NCBI GenBank assembly: GCA_963664825.1
Contig: OY761614.1
Span: 2,976,001-3,040,000 of the forward strand
Length of the DNA stretch: 64,000 nucleotides
Source of the DNA: an uncultured Holophaga sp.
GTDB taxonomy: Bacteria > Acidobacteriota > Holophagae > Holophagales > Holophagaceae
Direction of reading: 5' to 3'
The position numbers and the translations under genes were made by a program. How positions within the stretch are numbered: position 1 is the stretch's first letter; every line of letters starts with the position of its first letter. Positions 9,625-19,811 of the stretch are shown piece after piece. A model generated the notes under the pieces. That model made no database searches. It was not told the origin of the DNA and saw nothing but the letters and a program-made list of their open reading frames with translations.

Positions 9625-10110
9625 GTCTCTGTGGGGCGAGATGCGCCACCGGCAAATTCCGCGCCAAGGGCTGTCCGTGGTTCACTCTCTCAAAGACCCA
9701 ATGCTGAAGCGGCTTCTCATAAAAAGAGGTGGGCTTTTACGTGAGGGTATACTGTGATTTCAACCCATGCTCTCCGTGCCGATCAGATCGGCCTTGGAGC
9801 CCTCCAGAGGCGGAATAACCAACGCTATGGCTGGTATGAAAATTGGGAAGGGATCAACAGGATGAGTCCCAACATTTCAAGTGGTACTCAGCTTTGGGGG
9901 CAGGCCAGGGGGTCGCGCTTCAGACTGCGCGACCTTCGTTCGGAGTCACACCTCATCGAGCCCAACCGCTCAGGCAATCCGGCGTACCCCAAAACCCTTG
10001 GCAAGGCCAATGGCGGCGGCCCCGATTTCTGAGGGCATGCGACACGGACCTATCTTGCCCTGCCGCCAGTCCTGGACCCGCAGTCTTCGCCCCACCGATG
10101 ACTATCCCAG

Positions 10111-11388
10111 CTAACGGCGAGCTCCCTTCGGAAGACCCAAGAGGTCTCCAGCGATTTGAGCTCCGATTTCCTCAGAGGCATTGGCCTTGGGATCCTCTGC
10201 AAGGTGTGCATAGCGCTGCGTCACAGAAGGCTGGCTATGCCCAAGAAGAGAGCCAACGATGGGAAGACTCAGCCCCTGAGAGACCCCCACGCTGGCGAAG
10301 GTATGACGGAGGTCGTGAATGCGAACATCCTCAATATTCACCATATCTTCAGTTCGTTTCTTTTTCTTCGCGACCTTTGCTGCTTCCAGCCTTGAAACAC
10401 TTTCGCGGACACGTTCCCACACCTTTTGAAGACCCACGAAGTGGGCTCCTGTCTTGTTCCCCTGGATCACAAAGGGGTTCCCGAGTGTTTGAGGGATTTT
10501 CCTGAGGATATCCACGGCTGGCGCGTTAAGCGGAATGACCTTGGAGCCTGTCTTCCTACCTGTCTTATGTTGATCAGCACTGAAGGTGATGACCTTTCTC
10601 TGCAGGTCAATCTGTGACCAGCGAAGTTCGATGATCTCGCTGTGCCTCGCGCCGGTGAGGATCAGTAATCGGATGGCGGCAAGGGCTGGTGGCGGAATGG
10701 TCTTTTCTGTTTCCGCCTCCAGAAGTGCCTCACCGAGAACTTGAAGCTCCTCCGGCCTCAGGAATCGCTCTCGTTTGCTCTCCGGATTCTTCTCAATGTG
10801 AATGCATGGGTTGCTTGAGAGCGCCCGGTATTTCCAGATCTCCGCGCAGTTGAACATTTTTCGAAGAATGGCCACAGCCTGATTCGCTTGACGTGGTGTC
10901 CCACGAAGATCGTGATGGAACTTTGCGATCTCCGCTGTCGAGACGTCCTTCACCAGGAGGTTGCCGAGCTTGGGCTCAATGACCTGGCGAAGATAGCGGA
11001 TATACCCCCTCGTCGTGCTCGCTTTCGTCTTGGGCTGAACATGCTCCTCGATGAATCTATCGATGAGCTCCTTGAGCATCGGAGCTGTGCGCTGAGATCG
11101 AATGTCGATGGTTGGATCGATACCCCTTGCGACCTCGCCCCTCCGAGAGTGTGCGAGTTTTCGCCCTTCCTCCAGGGTCAGGTCACCAAATCGCCCCAAG
11201 GTAATCCACCGCTGCTGACGGTTGATGGTGAATTTCAAGACGAAGGATTTCTGGCCAGAGGTCATTATGCGAACTCCAAATCCCGGCATTTCCTGATCCC
11301 AGATTGTGTAGACCTGGTCCCTTGCCCGAAGGCTATCAATCAGCCGTTTGGTCAACTTGGTCCGGTTCGAAATCTTTGCGTCTTCCAT
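10111..11388 (-). CDS. int: Tyrosine recombinase/integrase of island A with N-terminal arm-DNA-binding domain
   Basis: KLTKRLIDSL...WDQEMPGFGVR (arm-binding domain); catalytic R (TGAR), K (HKT), HDLRH, LLGH and Y (TQRY) all present; adjacent to the tRNA-derived att. Start placed at ATG 11388 after GAGGG. Confidence 0.95.
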   Translation of the reverse strand: MEDAKISNRTKLTKRLIDSLRARDQVYTIWDQEMPGFGVRIMTSGQKSFVLKFTINRQQRWITLGRFGDLTLEEGRKLAHSRRGEVARGIDPTIDIRSQRTAPMLKELIDRFIEEHVQPKTKASTTRGYIRYLRQVIEPKLGNLLVKDVSTAEIAKFHHDLRGTPRQANQAVAILRKMFNCAEIWKYRALSSNPCIHIEKNPESKRERFLRPEELQVLGEALLEAETEKTIPPPALAAIRLLILTGARHSEIIELRWSQIDLQRKVITFSADQHKTGRKTGSKVIPLNAPAVDILRKIPQTLGNPFVIQGNKTGAHFVGLQKVWERVRESVSRLEAAKVAKKKKRTEDMVNIEDVRIHDLRHTFASVGVSQGLSLPIVGSLLGHSQPSVTQRYAHLAEDPKANASEEIGAQIAGDLLGLPKGARR

Positions 11389-11408
11389 TTCCCATCCCTC
11401 GGTCGACG

Positions 11409-11440
11409 ATGCTACAGCCATGCTACAGCCATGCTACAGC
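11409..11440. repeat. Three tandem 11-bp repeats ATGCTACAGCC; probable integrase arm-type sites
   Basis: Seen directly between the integrase start and the att core. The arm-site role is inferred from position. Confidence 0.65.
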
Positions 11441-11559
11441 AAGGACCTGTTTCATGGGTTATCAAGGGTGGCCAAGTGCGGTCTAAAAATGTTTGCAAAT
11501 ATTCTTACAATTTGTGTTATACTTATTTTTCAAGGATGAAACCAGATGGCAGAAAAGAA

Positions 11560-11605
11560 ACTCATAATCCTTAGGTCGGCGGTTCGAATCCGCCTCCAGC
11601 CACCA
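11560..11605 (+). repeat. 3' half of a tRNA with CAT anticodon (Met or Ile2); att junction between islands A and B
   Basis: CTCATAA anticodon loop, T-arm GGCGG-TTCGAAT-CCGCC, acceptor strand and CCA. No 5' half or D-arm upstream, so not an intact tRNA. Confidence 0.9.
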
Positions 11606-11609
11606 GTGC

Positions 11610-11642
11610 AAAGCCCCGACACCACTAGGTCTCGGGGCTTTT
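11610..11642 (+). terminator. Rho-independent terminator after the tRNA fragment
   Basis: AAAGCCCCGA-caccactaggtc-TCGGGGCTTTT. Confidence 0.8.
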
Positions 11643-11730
11643 CATTTCCGTTGAAATACCTTGCCTCTGACGAGTTTGGGATGGCGTTCAACGTCTGTAA
11701 GTATTGGAAAACAGGGTTCAATTGTGGGGT

Positions 11731-12070
11731 CAGTCCCAATACAGTCCCAATGGAAAACCCTGGGTGCAGCCCCCACGATAGGGAATTTGGACCAGATGGA
11801 AGGAGCTTGACACCACGACAGCTCTAGTAGAAGTCCTTCAGGATCAGCATGTTCTAACTGGGGGAAAAACCCCCAGTTTGGAAGTTCTGAAAACAAAGGA
11901 AGGTAGAAGCGGCGGGACGTGGGCCGTCCGAGGCTTGGCCCTGGCCTACGCCAAGTATCTTTCTCCTGAGTTCCATGCGGCCTGCCTGCGGGTCATTGAG
12001 GAGCGCATGGTGTTTCTCGGGACCGTTCACTTGGGCTCAGCGGGATCGCATTGGGACTGTATTGGGACTG
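11731..12070. repeat. Perfect 22-bp inverted repeat (CAGTCCCAATACAGTCCCAATG) at 11731-11752 and 12049-12070
   Basis: Read directly; each arm is itself a tandem of an 11-bp unit. Confidence 0.9.
11878..12010 (+). pseudogene. KilA-N DNA-binding domain fragment (phage relic)
   Basis: GRSGGTWAVRGLALAYAKYLSPEFH matches the KilA-N C-terminal motif GGTW...LA..YA.YLSPEF; the N-terminal part is missing. Confidence 0.75.
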
Positions 12071-12510
12071 GGAGGCGCGAAAGCCACGGCCTGAGCCTCT
12101 CGGATGTCATCCTCGACCATCTGGACGTATCGCTCGGTTGTGGCGATGTCCTTGTGGCGGAGCGCTTTTTTGATCGTGAAGGCGTTGACTCCGGCGCGGG
12201 CCATCAACGTAGCGCAGGTGCCGCGCATCCTGTGGGGTGTCAGGCCGACTACCCCGATGGCATTCCCGGCCCGGGCAATGGCCTTCTTGGTGAACTGTCC
12301 TTCATGGGGGATACCGAGTCCTGGCTGGGGTAGGACCCATTCGCTGTCCTTGGGCAGGAATTGTAATAGGCCCAGAATCTCTTCATGCACCGGCAGGGCC
12401 ACGGCCTCGAAGCCCTTGGTGTCGTCATGGGTGTAGGTCTTGTAGCCTTCCGAGAATCCTCTCCATTTTAGATGGAGGGCTTCTTCTTCTCGCAGGCCCA
12501 GGTAGAGCAA
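12037..12510 (-). pseudogene. Catalytic-domain remnant of a tyrosine integrase (island B)
   Basis: LGLR..E, TKG, HRMRGT, LRH and TTERY motifs; begins abruptly at box I with no N-terminal domain or convincing start. Confidence 0.85.
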
Positions 12511-12660
12511 ACAACCCTTGGGGGGCTATGGGAGGCGCTCCTGGATATCGAAATCCGGGCCGATTTAGCGGCGGTGAAGGAGTGACCGTAGGCTGAGCCG
12601 TCAGAATGTTTGAAGTCTACCAATCATTCTGACGGATTCCATACGATTCATTTTGCCGCG

Positions 12661-13156
12661 CTACAGGCCTGTGGTAAGCGCCTTCTGGACAATGATGATG
12701 GCCTTCTCCTCTGGCCACGTCGTAGGCCATCTTGCTGCCCATGTTCGCCACGAAGTCTTGGATGGAGGGATAGAAGGCCTCGTGCGACTGATTGGAGGGA
12801 TTCTTCTCCAGAATATTGACCTCGATGATCTCGACCCGGTCAGCGTAGGTCCGGGCCAGCTCGGAAAGATGCGGCATGGCTGCCCTGCACGGGCCGCACC
12901 AGGTCGCCCAGAACTCCACGACGTAGAGCCGACCCTGCTCGAAGGCCGGAATGGGGTTGCCCTTCACTCATTTCACCTTTAGGGCGGGTGCCTGTGACCC
13001 GATCCCCAGGTTGTGAGCGGGGGGCTGACCTGGGGACGGACGGGCCCCAGGCCCCACCTTGGCAGTGGACTTCTCGGTGGCCTGCCATCCATTCAGCAGG
13101 GGCGCGGGCTGGGCGAGAAGGGACAGGGCGCACGAGAATGCGAGCGATCGGTGCAT
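12661..13156 (-). pseudogene. Disrupted TlpA-family redoxin, paralog of 23352-24497
   Basis: Signal peptide followed by LKVK*VKG (TGA at 12968-12970 where the paralog has W), then EFWATWCGPC...AYDVA. A deletion/frameshift then jumps to EEKAIIIVQKALTTGL*, which resembles the paralog C-terminus QTKAIELATDALATG. Confidence 0.85.
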
Positions 13157-13336
13157 TATTTATCAGAATGCTGCACGGGGTGCAGAGAAGGGGGTGTCCG
13201 GGCTCCATGCCTGCAGTTTTGCCGTGCCCCCGGCGCGGCTTTACTCCGGGTGCACATCTCGCGGATACTCCGTCCCCGGACACAAGGGCGCCCCGGTACC
13301 CGGGGCGCCCTGAGGAATGGACTCGCCTGGAGGAAA

Positions 13337-16303
13337 TCAGAACTGCACGGAGAAACCTGCTGTGACGGAGCGCCCACTCTGCTTGGTGTAGACCAGGCCG
13401 AAGTTCGGATCCGCCTTGATATCAGACTGGTAGTTGCCTGTGTACTGGTTCAGGTAATAGCCCAGCACCGTCCTCTGGTTGAAGACATTGTTGATGGAGA
13501 TGTTGGGCTTGATGGAGCACGCCTTGTATTTGAGCGTGGCGCTCAGGTCCAGGTTCACCTGCAGCAGGGAGGGTGTGTAGCCCATGTTGCAGCGCTGGTT
13601 ATCCGTGGTGACCATGTCGGTCGCGAGGCCGCCAAAGGCTGTGCTGGCGGCATTGGCTTGCCACTTGGCACCCGCGGTCATGACCTTGGTGAGACCGATG
13701 CCGGACTGCCAGTTGGCCGTGAGTCCCAGGTTGAAATCCTGGCTCAGGATGCCGAAGCGGTACCCGCCCCGGGCCTTGAATTCGTGCACGGGGTTTCCCT
13801 CGTAGTTCCCGCCGGAGATTCCTTGCGCGTAGTCGTAGTCGGCGGTCCTTCCGCCTGCACCGAAGCCTTGCTGTTGGCCGGATTGCGCATATACAAGGTA
13901 GTTCTGGCTCTCCCCCAGGTAGTTGCCGTAGTGATGAGTCCAGGTGTAGTCCAGGGAGAGGTAGTGCCGCTCCCCATGGTTGGTCGCATGCAGGTTCAAA
14001 CCGATGTACCGGTCCTTGGGCGTGGGGAAGTTGCTGTTCCAGGTGTGCTGGACGCCGTTCGAATCCACGAAGGTCACGGGTCCAGGGCCGGGGTTCCAGA
14101 TGACCTTGGTGCCCTTCAGGCCGCTGAAGGCCGCGGATCCATCCCCGTTGAGGAAGTAGCTGTCCTCCATTACATCCTTCAGCTCCCAGAAGGTCCAGAG
14201 GCCGCCAATGGTCCAATTGTTCCGGAGGGTCCAGTCCGTCCCCAGGGTCCAGGTGTTCTTCCGGGGCAGCCGGAGGTCCGTAGCGTGGGGTTGGGGCTTA
14301 CCCTCGCCACCCGTGAGCATCATGGAGACGTCCGGAGTGTTCTTGAGGAGTGTGAAGGCCTTGCCCCCCGCATAGGTGGAATTGTAGGTCCAGCTGCCCG
14401 GGAACCACATGTCGTAGTAGAGCCCGCTGGTCTTGGCCCAGGTGATCCCCGCCATGGGCATGGCCATGAAGAAGCGGCCGAAGTGGGCGAACACCTTCTT
14501 CCTGCCATCCTGGTCCACGTCCCAGACCAGGCCAATGCGCGGCTGGAGCTGCTTGCGCAGGCTGTCGTACTCAGCTAGCTTCATGCCGTCATAGGGGCCA
14601 AAGGCGCCCTTGTAGCAGAAGGGGTCATAGCGGAGGCCAACGTCCATGCGGAGCCCCGGCAGGAGCTCGACCACATCCTTCAGGTAATGAGACTCAAGCA
14701 CGCCTGTATATTTGGAGTAATTGGCGCTCCAGTTCAATCGACGCAGGATACCGGAAGGGTCCAGGACGCTATTGTTGATGGAGTAGATTTCATTGGATCC
14801 TTCGGTTTGTTCCCACTTAGTATCTTGCCGCAAGTATCCAAACTTGATCTGATGGTTGCCAAGGCACCAAGTCAAGTCCATTCGATACTGGGTATTGGGG
14901 TTATCTCGGTGGGCGTACAGTGCAGTTCCGTTTCCTGTCTGATAACTAACATAGGCAGGGTTGCTGGGCTTGTTGGAAACGGCACTCCCTGGACCATCCA
15001 TAAAATACCTGGAGTCATAAACCGAAATCGAACGGGTCGCCCCGTCGAAAGGGGTGCTGGTGGAAGGGGTTTTGAAGTTACCCAGGCTCGCAACAACGAA
15101 GAGATTGGACGTCGGCATCCAATTCCAGGTCAGATTGACGGATTGACTGGCGCTTTCCCGGGATAAGCCCTGGTTCAGTGTGCCGTAGTCGCTGTATTGA
15201 TTGCCTGTATTTATCTTAAAATCGCTACGTGTGCCGCTCAGGATCAATTGATTGGTACTGTTGATGAACCAGTTCAACTTGGCTGTCCATTGGTTCGGAC
15301 CCGTTGCATGTTCGCTATCGGATTTCAGGCCATTCCAGTTCAGGCCCCCATTAAGGAGAGTCGTGGGCGGAGTCACATTCTTGAACCCCTGGTACCCCAG
15401 GAAGAAGAAGAGCTTGTCCTTCAGAATGGGACCACTGGCGGACGCGCCATAGCGGTGGTACTGGTTGCCATCCACGGGCTTCTTTTGGGGAGGAGTCGTG
15501 TTCGGGTTATAGAACGCCATCGCCTGGGAGTGGGGGAAGTTAGTGCCATAAAACAGGCTGCCTTCGTATTTGTTGGTGCCGCTCTTGGTCAGGGCATTCA
15601 CCACGCCACCGAAAACGCCGTATTCGGCGCCGAAGGCGTTGGTGACCACCTCCACCGATTCGATGAACTCCCGGGCCGGCTGGGTGGACGCCAGCTCGGA
15701 ACCCGCGCTTGAACCGTTTGTGGAAGTCTTGTTCGTCACCGTGCCATCCACGGTGAACAGGTTCTGGTCGTCCGTTCCGCCCATGATGTTGAAGGCGCCC
15801 GTATAGGCCGTCTGAACGCCTGGCACCGAGGCCATGAGGCCATCCAACGCATTCAGGCTCGTCATGTCCATGGGGATCTGGGCCAGTCGCTCCGCGCTGA
15901 GGTTGGTCGCAACTTGGGTGGTCGTTGTGTCCATGTTACCGGCTTCCCCCACCACTTCCAGGACCACCTGTTCCACGGGGAGCATGGAGAAATTGGCGAC
16001 CCTGGTGTCGTGGATCTCGACGCGCGTCTTCACGGTTCCGGTTTGGAAACCATCCTTGATGACCGTCAGTGTCCACTCACCTACATTGAGGAGGGGAAGC
16101 CGATATTCGCCCTTGCTGTTGGAAACGGCGTAGCGTTCCGTTTGGCCGGACTTGACCCGAAGCCTGGCCCCATCAATGGGCTTCCCGAATTTGTCCCGAA
16201 CCGTGCCCGTGATCGAACCCGTCTGCACGGACTGAGCATGCGCCGGGAGGCCCGCAACCAGGAGGATACCGATGGCGGAGAGGGTGGAAAGCTTGGTATG
16301 CAT
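13337..16303 (-). CDS. Oar-like TonB-dependent receptor with N-terminal carboxypeptidase-regulatory-like domain
   Basis: Signal peptide, GSITGTV.D..G.PI.GA, plug motif AEYG..GGVVNALTKSGTN, SGPILKDKLFFF, INNVFN, terminal Phe; RBS AGGAGA before ATG 16303. Confidence 0.92.
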   Translation of the reverse strand: MHTKLSTLSAIGILLVAGLPAHAQSVQTGSITGTVRDKFGKPIDGARLRVKSGQTERYAVSNSKGEYRLPLLNVGEWTLTVIKDGFQTGTVKTRVEIHDTRVANFSMLPVEQVVLEVVGEAGNMDTTTTQVATNLSAERLAQIPMDMTSLNALDGLMASVPGVQTAYTGAFNIMGGTDDQNLFTVDGTVTNKTSTNGSSAGSELASTQPAREFIESVEVVTNAFGAEYGVFGGVVNALTKSGTNKYEGSLFYGTNFPHSQAMAFYNPNTTPPQKKPVDGNQYHRYGASASGPILKDKLFFFLGYQGFKNVTPPTTLLNGGLNWNGLKSDSEHATGPNQWTAKLNWFINSTNQLILSGTRSDFKINTGNQYSDYGTLNQGLSRESASQSVNLTWNWMPTSNLFVVASLGNFKTPSTSTPFDGATRSISVYDSRYFMDGPGSAVSNKPSNPAYVSYQTGNGTALYAHRDNPNTQYRMDLTWCLGNHQIKFGYLRQDTKWEQTEGSNEIYSINNSVLDPSGILRRLNWSANYSKYTGVLESHYLKDVVELLPGLRMDVGLRYDPFCYKGAFGPYDGMKLAEYDSLRKQLQPRIGLVWDVDQDGRKKVFAHFGRFFMAMPMAGITWAKTSGLYYDMWFPGSWTYNSTYAGGKAFTLLKNTPDVSMMLTGGEGKPQPHATDLRLPRKNTWTLGTDWTLRNNWTIGGLWTFWELKDVMEDSYFLNGDGSAAFSGLKGTKVIWNPGPGPVTFVDSNGVQHTWNSNFPTPKDRYIGLNLHATNHGERHYLSLDYTWTHHYGNYLGESQNYLVYAQSGQQQGFGAGGRTADYDYAQGISGGNYEGNPVHEFKARGGYRFGILSQDFNLGLTANWQSGIGLTKVMTAGAKWQANAASTAFGGLATDMVTTDNQRCNMGYTPSLLQVNLDLSATLKYKACSIKPNISINNVFNQRTVLGYYLNQYTGNYQSDIKADPNFGLVYTKQSGRSVTAGFSVQF

Positions 16304-16580
16304 CAATGTCTCCTGTGGTCGCATGGGTGCGTAGCGCCTAGCGGTGGTGGGGACCCCGCGCGTGAAGCGTGGGGAGGGGGGATCGGCTTCACCTTGGACT
16401 CGTCCATCTTCGTCACGCTCTCGTCATGCCGGGTACCCCGGTTGAAATATTTGCGGGTACTCCGCCCTGGGGATCCGGGAACCCTTCGCCCGCCCCCTCC
16501 CTCCTCAAGGGGGGCGGCACCCCCCAAGGGTGGAGCCTTGGGGGGTGTGCTACGTTGGTCCAGGCTTGTCCTCGGATCCC

Positions 16581-19500
16581 ATGTTCTCGCTCAATCTCGC
16601 ATCACGCATTCTCCAGGAGGCTCGGTCCCGAGGCCTTGCGGGAGCCGTGCCTGAACAGGAAACTTCGACGGAAAGCGACAGTTGCAGGGGCCTCTACTGG
16701 GGAGCCCACCTAGCATCCCTGGTCGATGCGGGCCAGATGCCTGAGGAGATGCTGAACTCCCTGGCCTGGGATGCCATAGGGGGCGAGGCCGGTTCCTGGC
16801 TGGATCCCTTCTTTCCCGGTCCTGCCCCCATCGGCGATCTCCCGGGGATGGGAGACCGATACAGGGATCTCTCCTTCCTGGGTGAAGGGGCCACGGCTCG
16901 CGTGTACCGGGCCCTGGATACGCTGTTGCAGCGCCAGGTGGCCATCAAGGTCCTGAAGGATCCCGGCGGCTCCAGTCTCGTGGAAGCGCGGGCCCAGGCC
17001 CGGGTGGAACACCCCCACATCTGCCGGATCTATGAGGTCGGAAAGGGCTTCATCGTCATGCAGCTGGTGGAGGGACCGACCCTGGCGCACCTGGCCCCCG
17101 CGCTGGGCTTCGAGGACAAGCTCCGGATCATCCGCGACGTGGCGCTTGGTGTGCATGCTGCCCACCAGAAGGGATTGATCCACCTGGACCTGAAGCTGAA
17201 CAATGTCCTGGTCCAAACGGGTGAGGAGGGCACCCAGCATCCCGTTGTCAGCGATTTCGGGATGGTGCGAGGCGAAGCGTCCGATCCCGCCAGGGGGTGC
17301 CCCATGGGCACGCCACCTTACACCAGCCCCGAGCAGCTGGGAGGGGACATCGGCCGCCTGAGCCGTCGCACGGATGTCTATGGGCTCGGCGTCATGCTCT
17401 ACGTGCTGCTGGCTGGTGTGATCCCCTTCGAGATCCACACGTTCCCGGAGCTCCTGGATGCCATTCTGCATGCACCCCCGGTGCCTCTGCGTCAGCGGTT
17501 GCCCGAACTGCCCAGGGACCTGGCCCGGATCGTTCAGCGCTGCCTGGAGAAGGATCCCGAAGCCCGGTATGCGACCGCAAAGGAGTTTGCCGATGATCTG
17601 GAACGGTTCCTTCGGGCCGAACCCGTCGATGCCATGGGAGGAGGGCGGCTGTACCGCGCTGCCAAGTGGCTCCATCGAAACCGGAAACTTCGCTGGGCGG
17701 GGGGCATCGCGCTGGCCCTGCTGTTCGGTACCGCCGTTGTTATGGCCCAGCGCAATCAGTTCCTGGCTCAGCAGGCGGAGTGGGACCATCATTTCCAGAA
17801 GACCGTGGAAGAGATGCGCACGGCGCTGGATCAGACATACCGTCTGCCCCCCCATGACATCGAAGGGGAACTCCAGGGGGCGCAAGCCCTGCTGGGAACC
17901 CTTGATGGTGAGCGGGCCAGGGGGGGGCGTCCCGCCCAGGGACCCGCCTATCTGGCGCTGGGTCAGGCTCAGTTTCTGCTGGATGCCAAGGCCCCCATGG
18001 CCGTCACCTATCTCCAGAAGGCCTGGGACACCGGGTACCGGGTGGAAAGCGGGCGGGCATGGCTGGCCCTGGCCTTGATCCGCAGGTACCAGGCGGAACG
18101 AAGGGCGATCCTGTCGACGACTGCCGACGCCGACACCCAGCGGCTTCAGTTGGAGAGCTGCCGACAGCGCCTGCAACAGGCGCGCCGCCTGCTGGTGGGC
18201 CGTTCGGGGCCGGATCAGGCCCGGCTGACGCACCTCTTGGAACTGGCGGAGGCCGCAAGTAGCGACATCACCGACTACGACAAGCAAATTTATCTCGCCA
18301 GAACCTACCGGGCCCGGTTTCCCAATGACCTGGAGGGCATGCTGGAGGAGGCCGAGGCCCTGGGCGCGAAGGCGGACGACCTCGCCCAGAAGGCCGCCAA
18401 CTCTCCTGGAGTCTATCCGCCCCCCTGCGGTTCCCAAGTGGAACCGCTCCGGCAGGCGGCGGGCGATATCCTCCGGCAGTTGGCCCGGATCGCTCCCAGC
18501 CATCCAGGCGTGTACGCGGCCCTGGCCCAGTGGAATCAGAGGCAAAGCCAGTGGCCGACGGAGCGGACCCCCTCTTCCGCCCTGCTCTACGAACAGACCC
18601 GGAAGTGGCTGGATGCGGGGCTGACCGTCTGTCCTCACTCTACCCAGCTGATTTCCCAGTACGCCATGTTCCTGAGCAACCAGGAGCTCCTGTATCGCCT
18701 GGAGCGCGGGCTCGATCTGGCACCGCTCAAGCACCGGATGCAGACACTGTTCCGGCTCACGCTCACCGAGGCGGGTAGGCTGAGCCACATGGAAGTCGCC
18801 GCAGCAATGTGCCAGTACATCCTCGCCTGCAGTGCGTTCGACAAGCCAGCCTCCTTCTCGCTTCCAGAAATCACGCAGGCCATGCTGCGTGACCCCGTAC
18901 CGACTGGCGGCCTGTCTCCATTGTTGTTCGGTCCCACCATTGGGAGGCTCCTCCTCGAGAGTGGCCAGGACCCCAGGCCCTGCCTTGGGGAGTTCCTGGG
19001 GGCCAAGGCGCCGGCAGACGACCTTGAATCGATCGCCTGCGCCAGCATGAACCTGATCCTGGCGGAGCATGCCTGGCTGACCGGCCAGGGAGCTGGCTCT
19101 TTCCTGGATGCGGCGGACCTCTGCCTGAAGACGCTGAAGCCCTATGCGATGCTCCGGGGCGAGCTGGAACTATCCAGCCGCCTCCTGCGGGCCCAGACGA
19201 CTGGGAGCGTCGAGGCCTGGACCCGCGTGGAAGAAACCATCGGTCAGATGGAACATGCCAGCTCCAACCAAGTCCTCACACAGGTCTACACCCTGGAAGC
19301 CAGGATCGCCCTGGCGCGGCGCCGCGTGGAAACCGGGCTGGACGCCGGGGCGCTCCTCAAGAACCTGAGGACATGTCTCGAGCATCTGGACACGGACAAG
19401 AGGATTCCTAAGGTTTACAGGGACCAGTGCATGGCCTCGGTCAGCCTGCTGGAGGCCCAGGGAGTCCCCAGGCCGGTCCCCTTGCTTCTGGAGGGCCTAG

Positions 19501-19811
19501 CGGCTTTGGACCAAGTGGTCCGGGCGACGGCCTCGACCCCTGGCCTTGAGGCCCGCCGCCGCAGACCCCCGGGCGCTTCGGTGGTCGGCGCGTTTCCCGG
19601 GCGTATCCAGAAGACCCGGGGCGAACTGATGCTCGTCCTGGCGAAGGTGGACAAGGGCCCTGGGGCCAGGTCCCGTTGGGCTTCCAGGGCGGTGGCGGCC
19701 TTCCAGCGGGCCCTCCGGCTGAACTCGAACCTCCGGCGTCACATCGCGCCCCTCCTGCTTCAGGCCCAGGTCCTGTTGCCCTCCCATGGTGATTCCCGTG
19801 CGCCTTCATGA
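16581..19811 (+). CDS. Membrane-anchored Hanks-type Ser/Thr protein kinase with large helical C-terminal region
   Basis: GEGATARV, VAIKVLK, HLDLKLNN, SDFG, GTPPYTSPEQ, DVYGLG; TM segment WAGGIALALLFGTAVVMA. Start uncertain (16530 or 16581). Confidence 0.92.
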   Translation: MFSLNLASRILQEARSRGLAGAVPEQETSTESDSCRGLYWGAHLASLVDAGQMPEEMLNSLAWDAIGGEAGSWLDPFFPGPAPIGDLPGMGDRYRDLSFLGEGATARVYRALDTLLQRQVAIKVLKDPGGSSLVEARAQARVEHPHICRIYEVGKGFIVMQLVEGPTLAHLAPALGFEDKLRIIRDVALGVHAAHQKGLIHLDLKLNNVLVQTGEEGTQHPVVSDFGMVRGEASDPARGCPMGTPPYTSPEQLGGDIGRLSRRTDVYGLGVMLYVLLAGVIPFEIHTFPELLDAILHAPPVPLRQRLPELPRDLARIVQRCLEKDPEARYATAKEFADDLERFLRAEPVDAMGGGRLYRAAKWLHRNRKLRWAGGIALALLFGTAVVMAQRNQFLAQQAEWDHHFQKTVEEMRTALDQTYRLPPHDIEGELQGAQALLGTLDGERARGGRPAQGPAYLALGQAQFLLDAKAPMAVTYLQKAWDTGYRVESGRAWLALALIRRYQAERRAILSTTADADTQRLQLESCRQRLQQARRLLVGRSGPDQARLTHLLELAEAASSDITDYDKQIYLARTYRARFPNDLEGMLEEAEALGAKADDLAQKAANSPGVYPPPCGSQVEPLRQAAGDILRQLARIAPSHPGVYAALAQWNQRQSQWPTERTPSSALLYEQTRKWLDAGLTVCPHSTQLISQYAMFLSNQELLYRLERGLDLAPLKHRMQTLFRLTLTEAGRLSHMEVAAAMCQYILACSAFDKPASFSLPEITQAMLRDPVPTGGLSPLLFGPTIGRLLLESGQDPRPCLGEFLGAKAPADDLESIACASMNLILAEHAWLTGQGAGSFLDAADLCLKTLKPYAMLRGELELSSRLLRAQTTGSVEAWTRVEETIGQMEHASSNQVLTQVYTLEARIALARRRVETGLDAGALLKNLRTCLEHLDTDKRIPKVYRDQCMASVSLLEAQGVPRPVPLLLEGLAALDQVVRATASTPGLEARRRRPPGASVVGAFPGRIQKTRGELMLVLAKVDKGPGARSRWASRAVAAFQRALRLNSNLRRHIAPLLLQAQVLLPSHGDSRAPS

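Noticed and set aside
9757..9790. ATTTCAACCCATGCTCTCCGTG resembling a type I-C CRISPR repeat end
   Set aside because: Single copy, no hairpin partner, no spacers or cas genes.
9640..10110. Short ORFs between the partner gene and the integrase
   Set aside because: No recognisable motifs or clear RBS; not called.
11530..11605. Intact tRNA-Met/Ile2 gene
   Set aside because: No 5' acceptor strand or D-arm, and the anticodon stem cannot pair (AGAAA vs TCCTT). It is only an att fragment; the same applies to 41964-42005.
12968..12970. Selenocysteine or TGA-Trp recoding in the redoxin
   Set aside because: The aligned residue in the paralog is Trp, not Cys; TGA is used as a normal stop throughout the window; and the gene also has a large deletion.
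13013..19070. Long antisense ORFs (13013-14578, 16710-19070; similarly 31344-32711, 33432-34892, 61380-62480)
   Set aside because: They lie opposite well-supported genes, as expected from GC-rich codon bias, and show no recognisable motifs.
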